Part shown: piece by piece, positions 1 through 10,067 of the stretch
Layout: each line of letters begins with the position of its first letter
Position numbering within the stretch: the first letter of the stretch is position 1
Assembly (NCBI GenBank): GCA_050293845.1
Contig: JBNKNM010000061.1
Location: forward strand, 1 to 26,574
Origin: Pseudobacteriovorax sp.
Lineage (GTDB): Bacteria > Bdellovibrionota_B > Oligoflexia > Oligoflexales > Oligoflexaceae
Length of the DNA: 26,574 nucleotides
Direction of reading: 5' to 3'
The notes under the pieces: generated by a model
Told to the model about the DNA's origin: nothing
The model's input: the letters and a program-made list of their open reading frames with translations, nothing else
Databases searched by the model: none
Made by a program: the position numbers and the translations under genes

Positions 1-2
1 TT

Positions 3-410
3 ATGGGGAAATTTGCTAGAAGATATCAACAGAGTATAGATTTGATCGCTATGGACAGTAAAGCTGACAAAACAGGTCTTTATTTTGATCTTAAGCAACG
101 AGGGATAAGATTATTGACATCACCTCGCAAAAAGCTTGGTAAAAAACCCACAAAGAAGCGTCAACAGATGTATCAATTCTTAGTGAGTAAACAGTGTAAA
201 AGACTTTATAAGCATAGATCTATAAGCGTGGAGCCACTACAGGGTCTTATTGCGGATATTTTTGATTTACAAATATGCCATATGAGAACAAAGCAAAATA
301 ATCGATGGATGTTTGCAGCTATGGGGATTGCTATTCAAATAGCTCAGCTCGATAACTGGCGCCAAGGCATATCGATTTGGAAGATTAAGTCAAAGGTTTT
401 GGGAGTATAA
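3..410 (+). mobile_element. C-terminal part of an IS4/IS5-superfamily DDE transposase (5' part outside the window)
   Basis: ORF runs from the window edge. It contains AMDSKAD (second catalytic Asp region) and LYKHRSISVEP (Y-x2-R-x3/4-E signature), then a basic/hydrophobic tail typical of DDE_Tnp_1 proteins. A candidate terminal IR, ACTCCCCGACCCCTC (411-425), follows the stop. Confidence 0.75.
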
Positions 411-450
411 ACTCCCCGACCCCTCAGTTACATAAGAATAATTTCTTATT

Positions 451-792
451 TCACAACCAGTGGATGTCATGACATCCATTAAATTTAGCAAAAGATCTTA
501 ATCTGGTAGCAAGCATATCTCTAATATCTATTTCGGTTTCAGTATGAATAGATTTTATATATAGAACTTTTTTCTTTCTATCTGTTTTACAATCAAGTCT
601 CCCCAGTAGAATAACGCCTCTCAATACCGGCAAACAAAAATAGCCATATTTTCTTTTGGTTTCTGGGAGGTAACATTCAATCTGAAAATCAAATTTGAAA
701 ATATTTTTTAATTTTTGTCTCTGAATGACAAAATTATCGAAGGGAGACAAGATCATGATTTTTGCGGAGTTTTCGCTATCCTCATCTAGCAC
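451..792 (-). pseudogene. ycaQ: 3' fragment of a YcaQ/AlkZ-family winged-helix DNA glycosylase
   Basis: ILSPFDNFVIQRQKL..FDFQIECYLPETKRKYGYFCLPVL..GRLDCKTDRK matches the conserved YcaQ C-terminus. Only 113 aa remain (family members are about 400 aa), and an in-frame TGA lies just upstream. Confidence 0.8.
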
Positions 793-1321
793 AATTTGTT
801 TTCATAAGTTGGAGAAATGTAGAGTCATCAATATCTCGATTTTTGTCTATGCCTAGCTGGGAATTGATAGACTCTGTTTGTTTCATAACTAGCAAGAGCA
901 TCTTCTAGATCCTTATTATCTATACTAATTTTTTACTCTATGCCAAAATCAGTTGACAGTAGGGTTAATAGTATTGTTTCTATTCTTTTTCGTGTTTTCA
1001 AGTATAAGTTAAGACGAAAAACTTTCTGCACTGACCTTAAACTATTAGATACCCATATAGCAATACATCTATCAGCAAAATGTTTAATTCGCAAACTATC
1101 TTTTGATAATGCTAACTAATAACAATTATTCCAAACAATTCACCAAATGAGCTATTCAATCGACCTCTTTGCTGCGTATATCTTAGTGGCTGCAAAATAC
1201 TACCCGATGGCTGTAATTTCCAACATAACCGCACTACCTGTGTCCACTGGATGCTATCGCTTTAGCTTGATAACTTTGCACCGTAACCTGATTTCTCTAC
1301 CTTAAGTTTAAGTCAAGAACC

Positions 1322-1349
1322 TTGACAAAGTTGCAAACCACCTTATATT
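1322..1349 (+). promoter_or_regulatory. Candidate sigma70 promoter for the nitroreductase
   Basis: TTGACA (1322-1327), 16-nt spacer, TATATT (1344-1349). A GTTGC...GCAAC inverted pair (1330-1334, 1352-1356) overlaps it. Confidence 0.5.
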
Positions 1350-1431
1350 ACGCAACGTATTGGAACTGGCTCTCGCCTCTATTAACCTGCTGTAATAATT
1401 GAACTATAGCAAAAGAATCAGGAGATTAATC

Positions 1432-2067
1432 GTGAATATACTCGAGCTACTAAGTTGGCGCTATGCGACGAAAAAAATGAATCCATCCAAAAGCGTCCCA
1501 CAAGAAAAAGTTGATCGTATTGTCGAAGCCGTACGCCTTACTGCTACCTCTAGTGGATTACAACCCTTTGAACTATATATAGTAACGAATAAGGACATTC
1601 AGGAACATATCAAGAAGATAGCTTGGAACCAAAACCAAGTAACTGATTGTTCACATCTTTTGGTGTTTGCAGCCTGGGATAACTATACTGCCGAACGTAT
1701 CAACATGATGTTTGATTTAACCAATAAGGAACGAGGTTTCAAAAACGAAGGTTGGGAAAACTATAGGCAGATGCTTCTCAATAGCTACCCCCAACGAGAT
1801 CCTCAGGTGAATTTTGACCACGCGGCTCGGCAAGCTTATATTGGACTCGGTACTGCTTTGGTCGCAGCGGCAGCTGAAGGTATCGATAGTACTCCTATGG
1901 AAGGTTTCGATCCTAAAGCTTTGGATGAAATTCTTGGTCTGGACAAAAAAGGGCTCCGTAGCGTTGTTATGCTTCCGCTCGGGTATCGTCAGGAGGAAGG
2001 TGACTGGCTTGTAAAACTAAAAAAAGTACGCCGCCCCCGTGAGGATTTCATCAATGAAATAAATTGA
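1432..2067 (+). CDS. NAD(P)H-dependent nitroreductase (NfsB-like FMN oxidoreductase)
   Basis: Motifs WRYATKK, TATSSGLQPF, AWNQNQV and GIDSTPMEGFD..LPLGYR. GTG at 1432 follows an AGGAG RBS (1420-1424), so it is preferred over the TTG at 1399. Confidence 0.92.
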   Translation: MNILELLSWRYATKKMNPSKSVPQEKVDRIVEAVRLTATSSGLQPFELYIVTNKDIQEHIKKIAWNQNQVTDCSHLLVFAAWDNYTAERINMMFDLTNKERGFKNEGWENYRQMLLNSYPQRDPQVNFDHAARQAYIGLGTALVAAAAEGIDSTPMEGFDPKALDEILGLDKKGLRSVVMLPLGYRQEEGDWLVKLKKVRRPREDFINEIN

Positions 2068-2262
2068 GGTATAACCATTCTGACATTCGGCGTTGGGATT
2101 TAAAACCTATCACTCCTTCATAGCCAACTTTGCCATAATTAAAAACTGGATGTAAATTCCTACGCGATCTTGGAGGGTCGCTGGGGACACTCCCCCAAGC
2201 CGAATTCAAAAGCATCGGTTATTATGGCATTGATTCCAATCTCTTTCATAGTGTACAGCGGC

Positions 2263-4425
2263 CTAAAAAGCAGTAAAGCTATACCCTAAAAAAAGCATCT
2301 GTGGCTTACCAGGTCTTAACCCATAAGGGCGGTAAGAAACTAGATACTTCTCTCCCAAAATATTGTCCGCCTTAATATAGACTTGTTGCCCATCAGAGTA
2401 CGACCACGAACCTGATAGGTCTACAACGCTATACGCAGGGAGTTCTTTTCGGCCATCAGCAACAGATTGATCGAACATCGAGCTTTTATTCTGGTAGGAA
2501 AGGGTAGCTTCTAATCCACTTACTGCAAAACCAAGAGTGGCAGCCAAACTATGCTTAGCTATATAGGGTAGAGGATCATTGATTTCGATGATTCCTACAC
2601 CCCACTCTGGATTAAGTGAGTTTCTCGATTCAGTTAAGTAAGCTTCGGTGTAAGTATAAGAAAGAGATCCCAATAGGTCCCAACGACCAAAGGAGTGGCG
2701 ATCACGATGACTAAGTTCCCAACCCTGGATGGTAGCCTGTCCCCCATTAAATTCTTTATCAAGGTCGGCATCGCTACATCCCGATGAGAAGGTACAAGTT
2801 CCTTTAATATTTTCGTAATTAGAATGGAATCCAATTAGATCAAAACGCCTTGCACCTTCAGAATACCGAACTCCAAGCTCGCTATTAAGTGCCATCTCGG
2901 GCTCAATAAAGTCAGCCTGTCCAGGACCGACAAGTGTCACCCCTTGATTGATACCTCCCATCAGTCCAAAATTCGGAGTAAGTTGGTAGAACAACCCTGT
3001 ACCGAATGTTGTAATACTATCGCTATTGGATATGTCAGTAGAGTTCTCACTTAACCCATCATGGCTATTGGTGGAAACATTTTCTGATCTAACTCCAAAG
3101 CTCCAGCGTAAGTTGTCCCAGTAATGAACCGCTTCTAAATAACTAGATACGGCTTCAGAGCTATCTTGCAGTTGGTTGGTTTCCTTACGCTCCACCGTTG
3201 GGTCGGAGATGAGATGTCCCGATTCCATGATATAGACTTCTTCAGAGTGGTCTCGGTCAATTTGATCCGAATGGTATCTAAGACCAAAGTTCAGTTCTAA
3301 GGAACTGTTCAGTAATGAAGGAGTTTCGTAGGTACCATCCCATTGAATTCCTTCAACGAGGTAGGTCCTGCGATTATCTCCTACAACAATATTTGTTAAG
3401 GAATTTGAATCTTCTAAACCTTTGAGAATGGTATAATAGATTTCGTTAGCTCCCACAGGCTCTAATAAAACTGTGCGAGGATCGATGATATCCCCAAAAA
3501 AACCGTTGAATTTAGACCAATTTCGTCGAAACCAGTGCCGATAGACGCGAGTTGTAAGCTGGAGTTGATCCCACGAAATACCGTGAGTGGCCATGACCTG
3601 ATCGCGGTTCCAAACCATTTTATCCCGCTCACTTGCAGCGTATCTTTGATAAGGGTCATGGTCAAAATCTTGTTGGGTTAATCCAAGGTAAGTTTCAAAG
3701 CTTTTTTCATGGGCCCGTACTAACTTTAAAGATAAATATTGTTGGCTACTAAACTGGTAGGAGGCCTTGACCATAATATCGTCTTTTTCAAAGCCTGTAT
3801 CACCACCATCTGTCAGAGTCTTGAAACCATCGCTTTCAATGCGCCCTCCTTCAACGAGATATCGGAAAGTGCCAATACTATCACCGAAGTAGCCTTGAAT
3901 TTTCTTGGTATTGAAGCTTCCAGTTTCAGCTCTGATGGAGTAGATACCTTCGTCTGAAAGTGGACGCGTAGTTAGGTTGACAGCACCGCCAATTGAGTTG
4001 GGGCCAAACTTGGTAGAACTGGGCCCTTTGAAAACTTCTACGCCAGTAGCACGGTAGGCCATGGGAAAGTAATACGCAGCAGGAGCAGAATAAGGAGCTG
4101 GGCCAATAAGTACACCATCCTCCAAAAGGGTGACCTTGCGAGATCGATGGGGATGCGCCCCCCGAAGTCCGATATTGGGACGGAGTCCGAAGCCATCCTC
4201 TTCTTGAATATTCACACCAGGAATGTCCTTAAGGATACGATGGATATCATCGTACTTAAAGCGGCCAAGATCTTCCTCATCCAGGAAAAAAGCCGATCCA
4301 GGCTGCGTTAAGGCCTTCTCCCGGCCCCCAAGAATAGAAATCCTTTCGATATCCTCTTGAGCCCATAAATGAGAGCTGATACTTAAAAATATTAGAGTCA
4401 GTCTTGCGGGTTTAAATTTTACCAT
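2263..4425 (-). CDS. TonB-dependent outer-membrane receptor (FecA-like, probably iron uptake)
   Basis: Signal peptide, plug motifs IPGVNIQEEDGFGLRPNIGLRG and VEVFKGPSSTKFGPNSIGGAVNL, and a barrel ending DNILGEKY...YSFTAF with a C-terminal Phe. ATG at 4425 is the likely start. Confidence 0.93.
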   Translation of the reverse strand: MVKFKPARLTLIFLSISSHLWAQEDIERISILGGREKALTQPGSAFFLDEEDLGRFKYDDIHRILKDIPGVNIQEEDGFGLRPNIGLRGAHPHRSRKVTLLEDGVLIGPAPYSAPAAYYFPMAYRATGVEVFKGPSSTKFGPNSIGGAVNLTTRPLSDEGIYSIRAETGSFNTKKIQGYFGDSIGTFRYLVEGGRIESDGFKTLTDGGDTGFEKDDIMVKASYQFSSQQYLSLKLVRAHEKSFETYLGLTQQDFDHDPYQRYAASERDKMVWNRDQVMATHGISWDQLQLTTRVYRHWFRRNWSKFNGFFGDIIDPRTVLLEPVGANEIYYTILKGLEDSNSLTNIVVGDNRRTYLVEGIQWDGTYETPSLLNSSLELNFGLRYHSDQIDRDHSEEVYIMESGHLISDPTVERKETNQLQDSSEAVSSYLEAVHYWDNLRWSFGVRSENVSTNSHDGLSENSTDISNSDSITTFGTGLFYQLTPNFGLMGGINQGVTLVGPGQADFIEPEMALNSELGVRYSEGARRFDLIGFHSNYENIKGTCTFSSGCSDADLDKEFNGGQATIQGWELSHRDRHSFGRWDLLGSLSYTYTEAYLTESRNSLNPEWGVGIIEINDPLPYIAKHSLAATLGFAVSGLEATLSYQNKSSMFDQSVADGRKELPAYSVVDLSGSWSYSDGQQVYIKADNILGEKYLVSYRPYGLRPGKPQMLFLGYSFTAF

Positions 4426-4480
4426 CGCTTTTGTCCCGAGATAGATCAATTACTAGTTTCAAATTGATAAGATCAATTAT

Positions 4481-4499
4481 GAGAGGAATTATCATTATC
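4481..4499. promoter_or_regulatory. Fur box upstream of the TonB-dependent receptor
   Basis: GAGAGGAATTATCATTATC matches 14/19 positions of GATAATGATAATCATTATC. A perfect IR, AATTGAT-AAG-ATCAATT (4462-4478), is adjacent. Confidence 0.7.
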
Positions 4500-5030
4500 A
4501 ACGATACATGGGGAACTCAATCTTATTCTTTAACTTGCCGGAGAGACAGTACAAAAGCGCCAGCTTCAGATATTGGCACTTCTAGTAGGTTTAGATTGTT
4601 CGCAAACATTCTTTGGCTTCTACGCCCATTTAGGGCTATTACTACGCATATTTGGCTAAGCAAACATTCTGGATACGTGACTTCCTCTTCTCGACTGAAG
4701 TCGAAAGCATCCTGTAGTTAGGATATCTGAAGTACGATCAGCTGAGCCGTACTCACTTGAGGTTTGCATGATAAAGGAGCCATCTCTAGTTTCCTGCTAC
4801 TATCTGGAAAATTTCCAGAAAAGCTCTACCATAATCATTAGCGAGTATTATTTGTTTTAAAAGAAGACAGGTTGGTTTTACTGTTAAAAAATAGCAATTT
4901 GCTTATAATCTACTGTTTAAATTGTAAAATAAGAAATACTTAACGTCTGAAATAGTTTGATTTTTACTATTGTGAAAAGATTGTATCTAATAAAATCAGG
5001 CTATTATAGCCGAGCCCTGATTTGGTTCTT

Positions 5031-5046
5031 TGGAACTAAATATGCA
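5031..5046 (+). promoter_or_regulatory. Candidate sigma54 (-24/-12) promoter
   Basis: TGGAACTAAATATGCA has exact GG-N10-GC spacing (GG 5032-5033, GC 5044-5045), about 47 nt before the ATG at 5093. Confidence 0.6.
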
Positions 5047-5092
5047 TTATAAATTATCATGTTGAAAATTAAGATTTGAGGTACGAAATCTA

Positions 5093-5572
5093 ATGAGAGT
5101 CAACCTGCTTCTTATATCTTTACAAATATTTTTACTTACAATGGCCTGCACCAATTCACCAGAGCTTACCAGAAATTATCGACAGCCTGAAGGTAAAGAG
5201 TCAGACGATATAGCTACAGTATCATCAGAAGTACAGTTGGTTTTTTTGGCAAAAACGTTTGCTGATATCCCTGGAAAAAAAACTATCAACATTAACTATG
5301 GTAATTATTTTGAAGAGTACAATCTCGAAACTGAAGATGAAATTGTCAGAATTACTTTAAATAGCTTCCCAGTTGGTATAACACAAAATTTTGTAGTTCA
5401 AGTCACTGATACTGAAGGCGAAATCATTAAGAAAGCGGAACTAACTAATTTGAAACTTAGCAAAGATGTAGATGATAAGATTGTCATCGACGAATGTTAC
5501 TGGAAAGACACCATTTGGTCTGGTGAAGTAAACGTACAAGGATGCCAGTGGGAAATTGTAACAACTAATTAG
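5093..5572 (+). CDS. Hypothetical lipoprotein
   Basis: Signal peptide with lipobox-like TMA-C, a GAGGT RBS, and a 9-nt gap to the next gene. Beta-rich acidic body. Confidence 0.7.
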   Translation: MRVNLLLISLQIFLLTMACTNSPELTRNYRQPEGKESDDIATVSSEVQLVFLAKTFADIPGKKTININYGNYFEEYNLETEDEIVRITLNSFPVGITQNFVVQVTDTEGEIIKKAELTNLKLSKDVDDKIVIDECYWKDTIWSGEVNVQGCQWEIVTTN

Positions 5573-5581
5573 AGTCGTAAA

Positions 5582-7702
5582 ATGAAAGCATTAAGTTTAA
5601 GCTATATACTATTCGTACTGTCAATTGGCACAGCCTGTTCTAATGCAGTGCCAACTGAATATAGACCGCAAAGATCTGGAAGCGTTAATTTTCAAGATCT
5701 TTTACATAGGGGAAAATCACCTCTACGATTAGAACAAGAAAAAGCAGCAAATTTGGGTTTGAATGGCTTTGGTCTACAATCTTCACTGTCTGTTAGCAAT
5801 ATCGATAGTCAAGGGCAGTATAGCTCTCATATACAATTTGATACTATGGCGATGCCTAGCATTGAAAATAACAGAGAAAGCATTCTCTCATACATTGAGT
5901 CATTTCTGAATCAAAATGCTGGATCGCTCCAAGTAGCTTACGCTGAACTTATACCAGCTGATCAATTTATACAAAAATTGAACAACAACTTACATGTTGT
6001 GTCATTTAATCGAACAAAAAATAAATTGCTTGTTGATAATGCTCGTGTTCAGTTCTTTTTTTATGAAGTTAGTGGACAACTAGTTTTAGCTAGGGTTAAT
6101 AATCATTCCTATGGTGCGATAATAGATATCAATGGTTCACCTGAGCTTTCCAAGCAAATTGACTTTGACTCCCTTACTGGAATACCTGGAGTTAAAAAGT
6201 TATCTCAAGAAAATCTAATTTATGCTGTTAATGAGGGTAATGGTTACTCATTTCATTATGGAAGCCGTGTGAAAGTGGCTAAAAATGATGATTCAGAAAT
6301 TTTCCATATCCTATTAAATAATAGTGATGAATCTATCATTGAAGCATACTCGAATAAAGTACACGCAGCACATACTTTAGAAGTTGAAAAATATAAGCGC
6401 TCCTATGTTTTTAAAGATAAAATATCTGCACCTTTTGCTCTAGTAGGTGTAGACAACACAGAGACAGACCAGGATGGTAAGTTTGATACAGATGCTGCCA
6501 CTGCACAGATAACTTTAGCCAGCACAAATAGTGCCTCTGGTATTGTTCAATCTGGAGCAAATAACTTTTTCTCTTTCCCAGTAACTCTTCAAGGCAACAA
6601 AACTCTAATTAAACCAGATCAAACTAATGAAGCTGCTATTAATACTTTTGTGGCCATACATGATGTCGCACAATTTGTAGGGCAATTTCTTACAGCTGCA
6701 CAAGCGCCAATTCTACAGACGGGAATCCAAGCGAATGTTAATATTGCAGATTCTTGTAATGCTTTTTTTGATGGTAACAGAAACACACTCAATTTCTTTC
6801 AAGAAGGAACTGCTGGAAACGGCAGCACATGCTCCAATACCTCTCTGATTAATGATATTATCTATCACGAATGGGGTCATGCTTTAGATTTTCAAGTTGG
6901 AACAACTGTTAATAATATTACTGATGGTGCTTTTTCTGAAGGCATAGGAGATATTATTTCAGCTCTCGTAACGGATAGTCCCAATCTAGCTCCAGGTTTC
7001 TTTTTAAATAATACTAATGGCATTCGTCAACTCCGAAACGATATTGTGGCTCCCCCTCAGAATGAGGCCGAGGCAGAAGTACATTTTCAAGGTCAGATTA
7101 TAGGTGGCGCTTTCTGGGATCTTAAGAAAATGATGGAAGCAAAATACGGTCCTATAGAAGGTACAAGAAAAGTTTCAGAAATGTTTTTTCAACATCTTCG
7201 CATCACTGATGTTTATACCGATTCATATCGAAATCTATTAACTGTCAATGATGATGACGCTAATCCCAATACACCATCTCCAGACTATTGCCTTATCAAC
7301 AAGGCATTTGCGAGGCATAATATTTCTGACTCCGATGCCGCTGAAGGAGTCAATTGTGTAGATGAAGATGAATTACTAAGATTTAATATCAGTGCTGAAA
7401 AGGCTGATAAAATTACACTTGATATTTCAGCTTTAGGTGCCCAAAAAATTATTATGTGTACGGATACTAGTATTGAGGATTGTGATATTGAAGATCCTAA
7501 TAATTTCATTTTTGAAAAAACGGAAATCGAAGGCTATATTGGAAACAGGCAGTTCTATACAACACAAGCCGAGATAGACCTTTCCTCAACACGTTCTGTA
7601 CTTTTGGTAACTACCGATATTTATGATAATATTATCACCAAGAAGCAAATTACATTTAATGAGCGAGATCGTAGTAACGATTTGTCCCATCAATTGCAAT
7701 AA
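5582..7702 (+). CDS. Zinc metalloprotease lipoprotein, M36 (fungalysin)/M4-like, with N-terminal propeptide
   Basis: Lipobox GTA-C, then CNAFFDG, HEWGH (6866-6880), GAFSEGIGD (third Zn ligand) and EVHFQGQIIGGAFWDL. Confidence 0.85.
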   Translation: MKALSLSYILFVLSIGTACSNAVPTEYRPQRSGSVNFQDLLHRGKSPLRLEQEKAANLGLNGFGLQSSLSVSNIDSQGQYSSHIQFDTMAMPSIENNRESILSYIESFLNQNAGSLQVAYAELIPADQFIQKLNNNLHVVSFNRTKNKLLVDNARVQFFFYEVSGQLVLARVNNHSYGAIIDINGSPELSKQIDFDSLTGIPGVKKLSQENLIYAVNEGNGYSFHYGSRVKVAKNDDSEIFHILLNNSDESIIEAYSNKVHAAHTLEVEKYKRSYVFKDKISAPFALVGVDNTETDQDGKFDTDAATAQITLASTNSASGIVQSGANNFFSFPVTLQGNKTLIKPDQTNEAAINTFVAIHDVAQFVGQFLTAAQAPILQTGIQANVNIADSCNAFFDGNRNTLNFFQEGTAGNGSTCSNTSLINDIIYHEWGHALDFQVGTTVNNITDGAFSEGIGDIISALVTDSPNLAPGFFLNNTNGIRQLRNDIVAPPQNEAEAEVHFQGQIIGGAFWDLKKMMEAKYGPIEGTRKVSEMFFQHLRITDVYTDSYRNLLTVNDDDANPNTPSPDYCLINKAFARHNISDSDAAEGVNCVDEDELLRFNISAEKADKITLDISALGAQKIIMCTDTSIEDCDIEDPNNFIFEKTEIEGYIGNRQFYTTQAEIDLSSTRSVLLVTTDIYDNIITKKQITFNERDRSNDLSHQLQ

Positions 7703-7944
7703 TGAATACTACATGCCACATTGATATGGCGTTTAAATTCTTACCGTAGCAGGTCAGGAAATACCAGTTGTAGCGTTTTGAAGGAAACGCAGCAAAGTTT
7801 TGGATTATAATGTCATAAACTCTTATTATCGTCTTTAGTCAGCATTCCTTGAAACATGGATAGTTTCATTAGGAATTCTTGGTTTGCATTGCCACCTTTT
7901 TTTTGCTGTACTGAGCCAGTAGCGTAAATTTATTTGGTATAGTC

Positions 7945-8151
7945 ATGTCGCGATTTTTACTTTCATTAGGTATAGGACTGGTGGTAATCGGTCTTGTCAT
8001 GCATTTTTTTCCATGGATTAAACTTGGTCAGCTTCCAGGAGACCTGAAATGGAAGTCAGGTAACATGACATTCTATTTGCCATTAACAAGTTCTATTCTG
8101 TTCAGTGCGGGGCTATCACTTCTCCTTTATTTAACAAAAAAAATCTTCTAA
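7945..8151 (+). CDS. DUF2905-family small membrane protein
   Basis: Two hydrophobic helices flank LGQLPGD...TFYLPLTSSILFS. Confidence 0.85.
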   Translation: MSRFLLSLGIGLVVIGLVMHFFPWIKLGQLPGDLKWKSGNMTFYLPLTSSILFSAGLSLLLYLTKKIF

Positions 8152-8247
8152 ATTATCAAGACTAATTTCCCATACTAATCAGGGATCTTTTGCTTGTGCG
8201 TCTTGGAACAACAGGTGATCGATACGGGTTAACAGCGCGGAGGACCC

Positions 8248-9267
8248 ATGGAAGTCAAAGTGGCAAATGATCAAAGTGAACTTATCGGTGGCACTCCTTT
8301 GTTAAAGTTAGAGTCCCTGTCTCGCATCTGTGGCAGCGAGATATACGTCAAATGTGAGCACATGAATCCTGGAGGCAGCGTTAAGGATCGTGCCGCTTTG
8401 GGAATGATCCGCAAAGCGGTGAGCGAAGAGAAGTTAAAATCTGGAATGACCATTGTTGAGGGTACGGCAGGAAACACTGGTATTGGACTGGCGCTGGTAG
8501 GTAAGGCTTTGGGCTATAAGGTTCGGGTTGTAATGCCAAAAGGACAGACTCATGAGAAGGAGCGGATGATTGCCCTGTTTGGTGCGGAGCTCCAACTAGT
8601 CGATGCTTGTCCCTTTAAAGATCCTAAGCATTTTTATCACACAGCGCGACGTATGGCAGAAGAGAGTCCAGAGCGTTACTGGTGGGCTGACCAATTTGAG
8701 AACACAGCTAATGCTATGGCGCATTATGAAACCACTGGGCCTGAGATTTGGCATCAGCTAGGTGGTGAGATAGACGCTCTCGTATCCGTGGCAGGTACGG
8801 GGGGGACTATAGGGGGAACCAGTCGCTTCTTAAGGGAGCAAAAAGCAGATATAAAAATCGTACTCGTCGACCCCATGGGCTCAGGCTTGAAATCTTTTGT
8901 TGAAACAGGGGAGTTTAAATCTTCAGGCAGCTCGTTCACAGAAGGTATTGGTATTATGAGGTTAACAGCTAACTTTCGCATGGCCTCAGTGGATCAAGCC
9001 CTTAGCTTTCCTGATCAGGATATTGTAACTGTTTCGCGTTTTGTAAGAGATCATGATGGGGTGATTTTGGGCAGCAGTTCTGCTTTAAATGTCACTGCAG
9101 CGTTGGCAACCGCTCTGGAAATGGGACCGGGTAAAAAGCTCGTGACCTTTGCCTGCGACCTCGGCGAAAGAAGCTTTTCCAAATTATACAATGAAGCGTT
9201 TTTGAAAGAAAAGGGTATTGATTCCCAAAGAAGCATAGAAGCCATGCGGGATGACTGGTCTCTCTAG
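8248..9267 (+). CDS. cysK: Cysteine synthase family PLP enzyme
   Basis: IGGTPL, HMNPGGSVKDR (PLP lysine), EGTAGNTGIGLA, DQFEN and GTGGT. A GGAGG RBS precedes the start. Confidence 0.9.
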   Translation: MEVKVANDQSELIGGTPLLKLESLSRICGSEIYVKCEHMNPGGSVKDRAALGMIRKAVSEEKLKSGMTIVEGTAGNTGIGLALVGKALGYKVRVVMPKGQTHEKERMIALFGAELQLVDACPFKDPKHFYHTARRMAEESPERYWWADQFENTANAMAHYETTGPEIWHQLGGEIDALVSVAGTGGTIGGTSRFLREQKADIKIVLVDPMGSGLKSFVETGEFKSSGSSFTEGIGIMRLTANFRMASVDQALSFPDQDIVTVSRFVRDHDGVILGSSSALNVTAALATALEMGPGKKLVTFACDLGERSFSKLYNEAFLKEKGIDSQRSIEAMRDDWSL

Positions 9268-9509
9268 ACTAGATTAGCGTGTTTCTAGCTGAGTGAAAGG
9301 ACCTATCTAACCCATATCAATAGTTAAGTATCCAAGGGGACCAATGCTATGACCATGTATTTGCTGAATATTTTATCCATATCCCGAAGAAGGGTAAAAT
9401 TATGTATAAACGGCGACTTGTGGCTGTGGAAATAAAATCTACAGTGTTATATATATCTTTTGCCAAGGTCCCAGATCTGGGAAAACTTACACTCTAGAAA
9501 GGAGATAGC

Positions 9510-9845
9510 ATGACTCGTTGCCTTCGCGCTATGGTTGCCCTAACGGCTATTAGTGCATCAATGTCTGTATGGGCCGGAGACAAAGTAAAAGGAAAGACTC
9601 TATTCGTTACCTGCGTTGCCTGTCATGGGGCGAATGGGGAAGGTAACAAAGCCCTTAATGCTCCCAAGCTTGCCGGTCAACAAGACTGGTATCTTATTAG
9701 ACAATTGAAAAACTTTAAGGATGGTATTCGGGGCGCCAACCCTAAAGATATCTATGGAGCTCAAATGCGCCCCATGGCGATGACTCTACCCAACGATACG
9801 GCCATCGAAGATGTTGTCGCTTATATTACGACCCTCAAACCTTAA
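9510..9845 (+). CDS. Periplasmic monohaem cytochrome c (c553/c4-like)
   Basis: Signal peptide, CVACHG, PKLAGQ..YL..QL and a distal Met in QMRPMA. An AAGGAG RBS precedes the start. Confidence 0.93.
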   Translation: MTRCLRAMVALTAISASMSVWAGDKVKGKTLFVTCVACHGANGEGNKALNAPKLAGQQDWYLIRQLKNFKDGIRGANPKDIYGAQMRPMAMTLPNDTAIEDVVAYITTLKP

Positions 9846-9859
9846 AAAAATCTCCTACT

Positions 9860-9919
9860 AATAGCTGGCTAGTGCCTCGGCCATGACCGAAAATTTGGCA
9901 GTGGTGAAAGTCAGCTATT
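9860..9919 (+). other. Nested stem-loop downstream of the cytochrome c gene (possible 3' UTR structure or terminator)
   Basis: AATAGCTGGCT (9860-9870) pairs with AGTCAGCTATT (9909-9919), with inner TGCC/GGCA and TCGG/CCGA pairs. No U-tract. Confidence 0.35.
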
Positions 9920-10067
9920 GTAATCCTGATGACCTGTCTGAGTAGACTCAGGACACTTCCGTTGTTTGGCTAGTACTTCGCTTAAAACTTGGCTATAACT
10001 CCATAAGTTCTATAGTCAGCAAGAAGGTATACACAGATCACCTTCGGGAAACTTATACGGAGTGCTT

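Noticed and set aside
2170..2200. G/C-rich palindrome as a partner IR for the left-edge IS
   Set aside because: It matches 411-425 only imperfectly and its position does not fit a left end. It is more likely a hairpin between convergent genes.
4431..4721. 96-aa plus-strand ORF
   Set aside because: It has a TTG start, overlaps the Fur box and receptor promoter, and shows no recognisable motif.
7748..7795. CAGGTCAGG ... GAAGGAAACGCAGC resembling the SRP (4.5S) RNA core
   Set aside because: The two motifs are separated by about 20 extra nt and no long enclosing helix is evident. Only a small hairpin (7773-7790) is supported.
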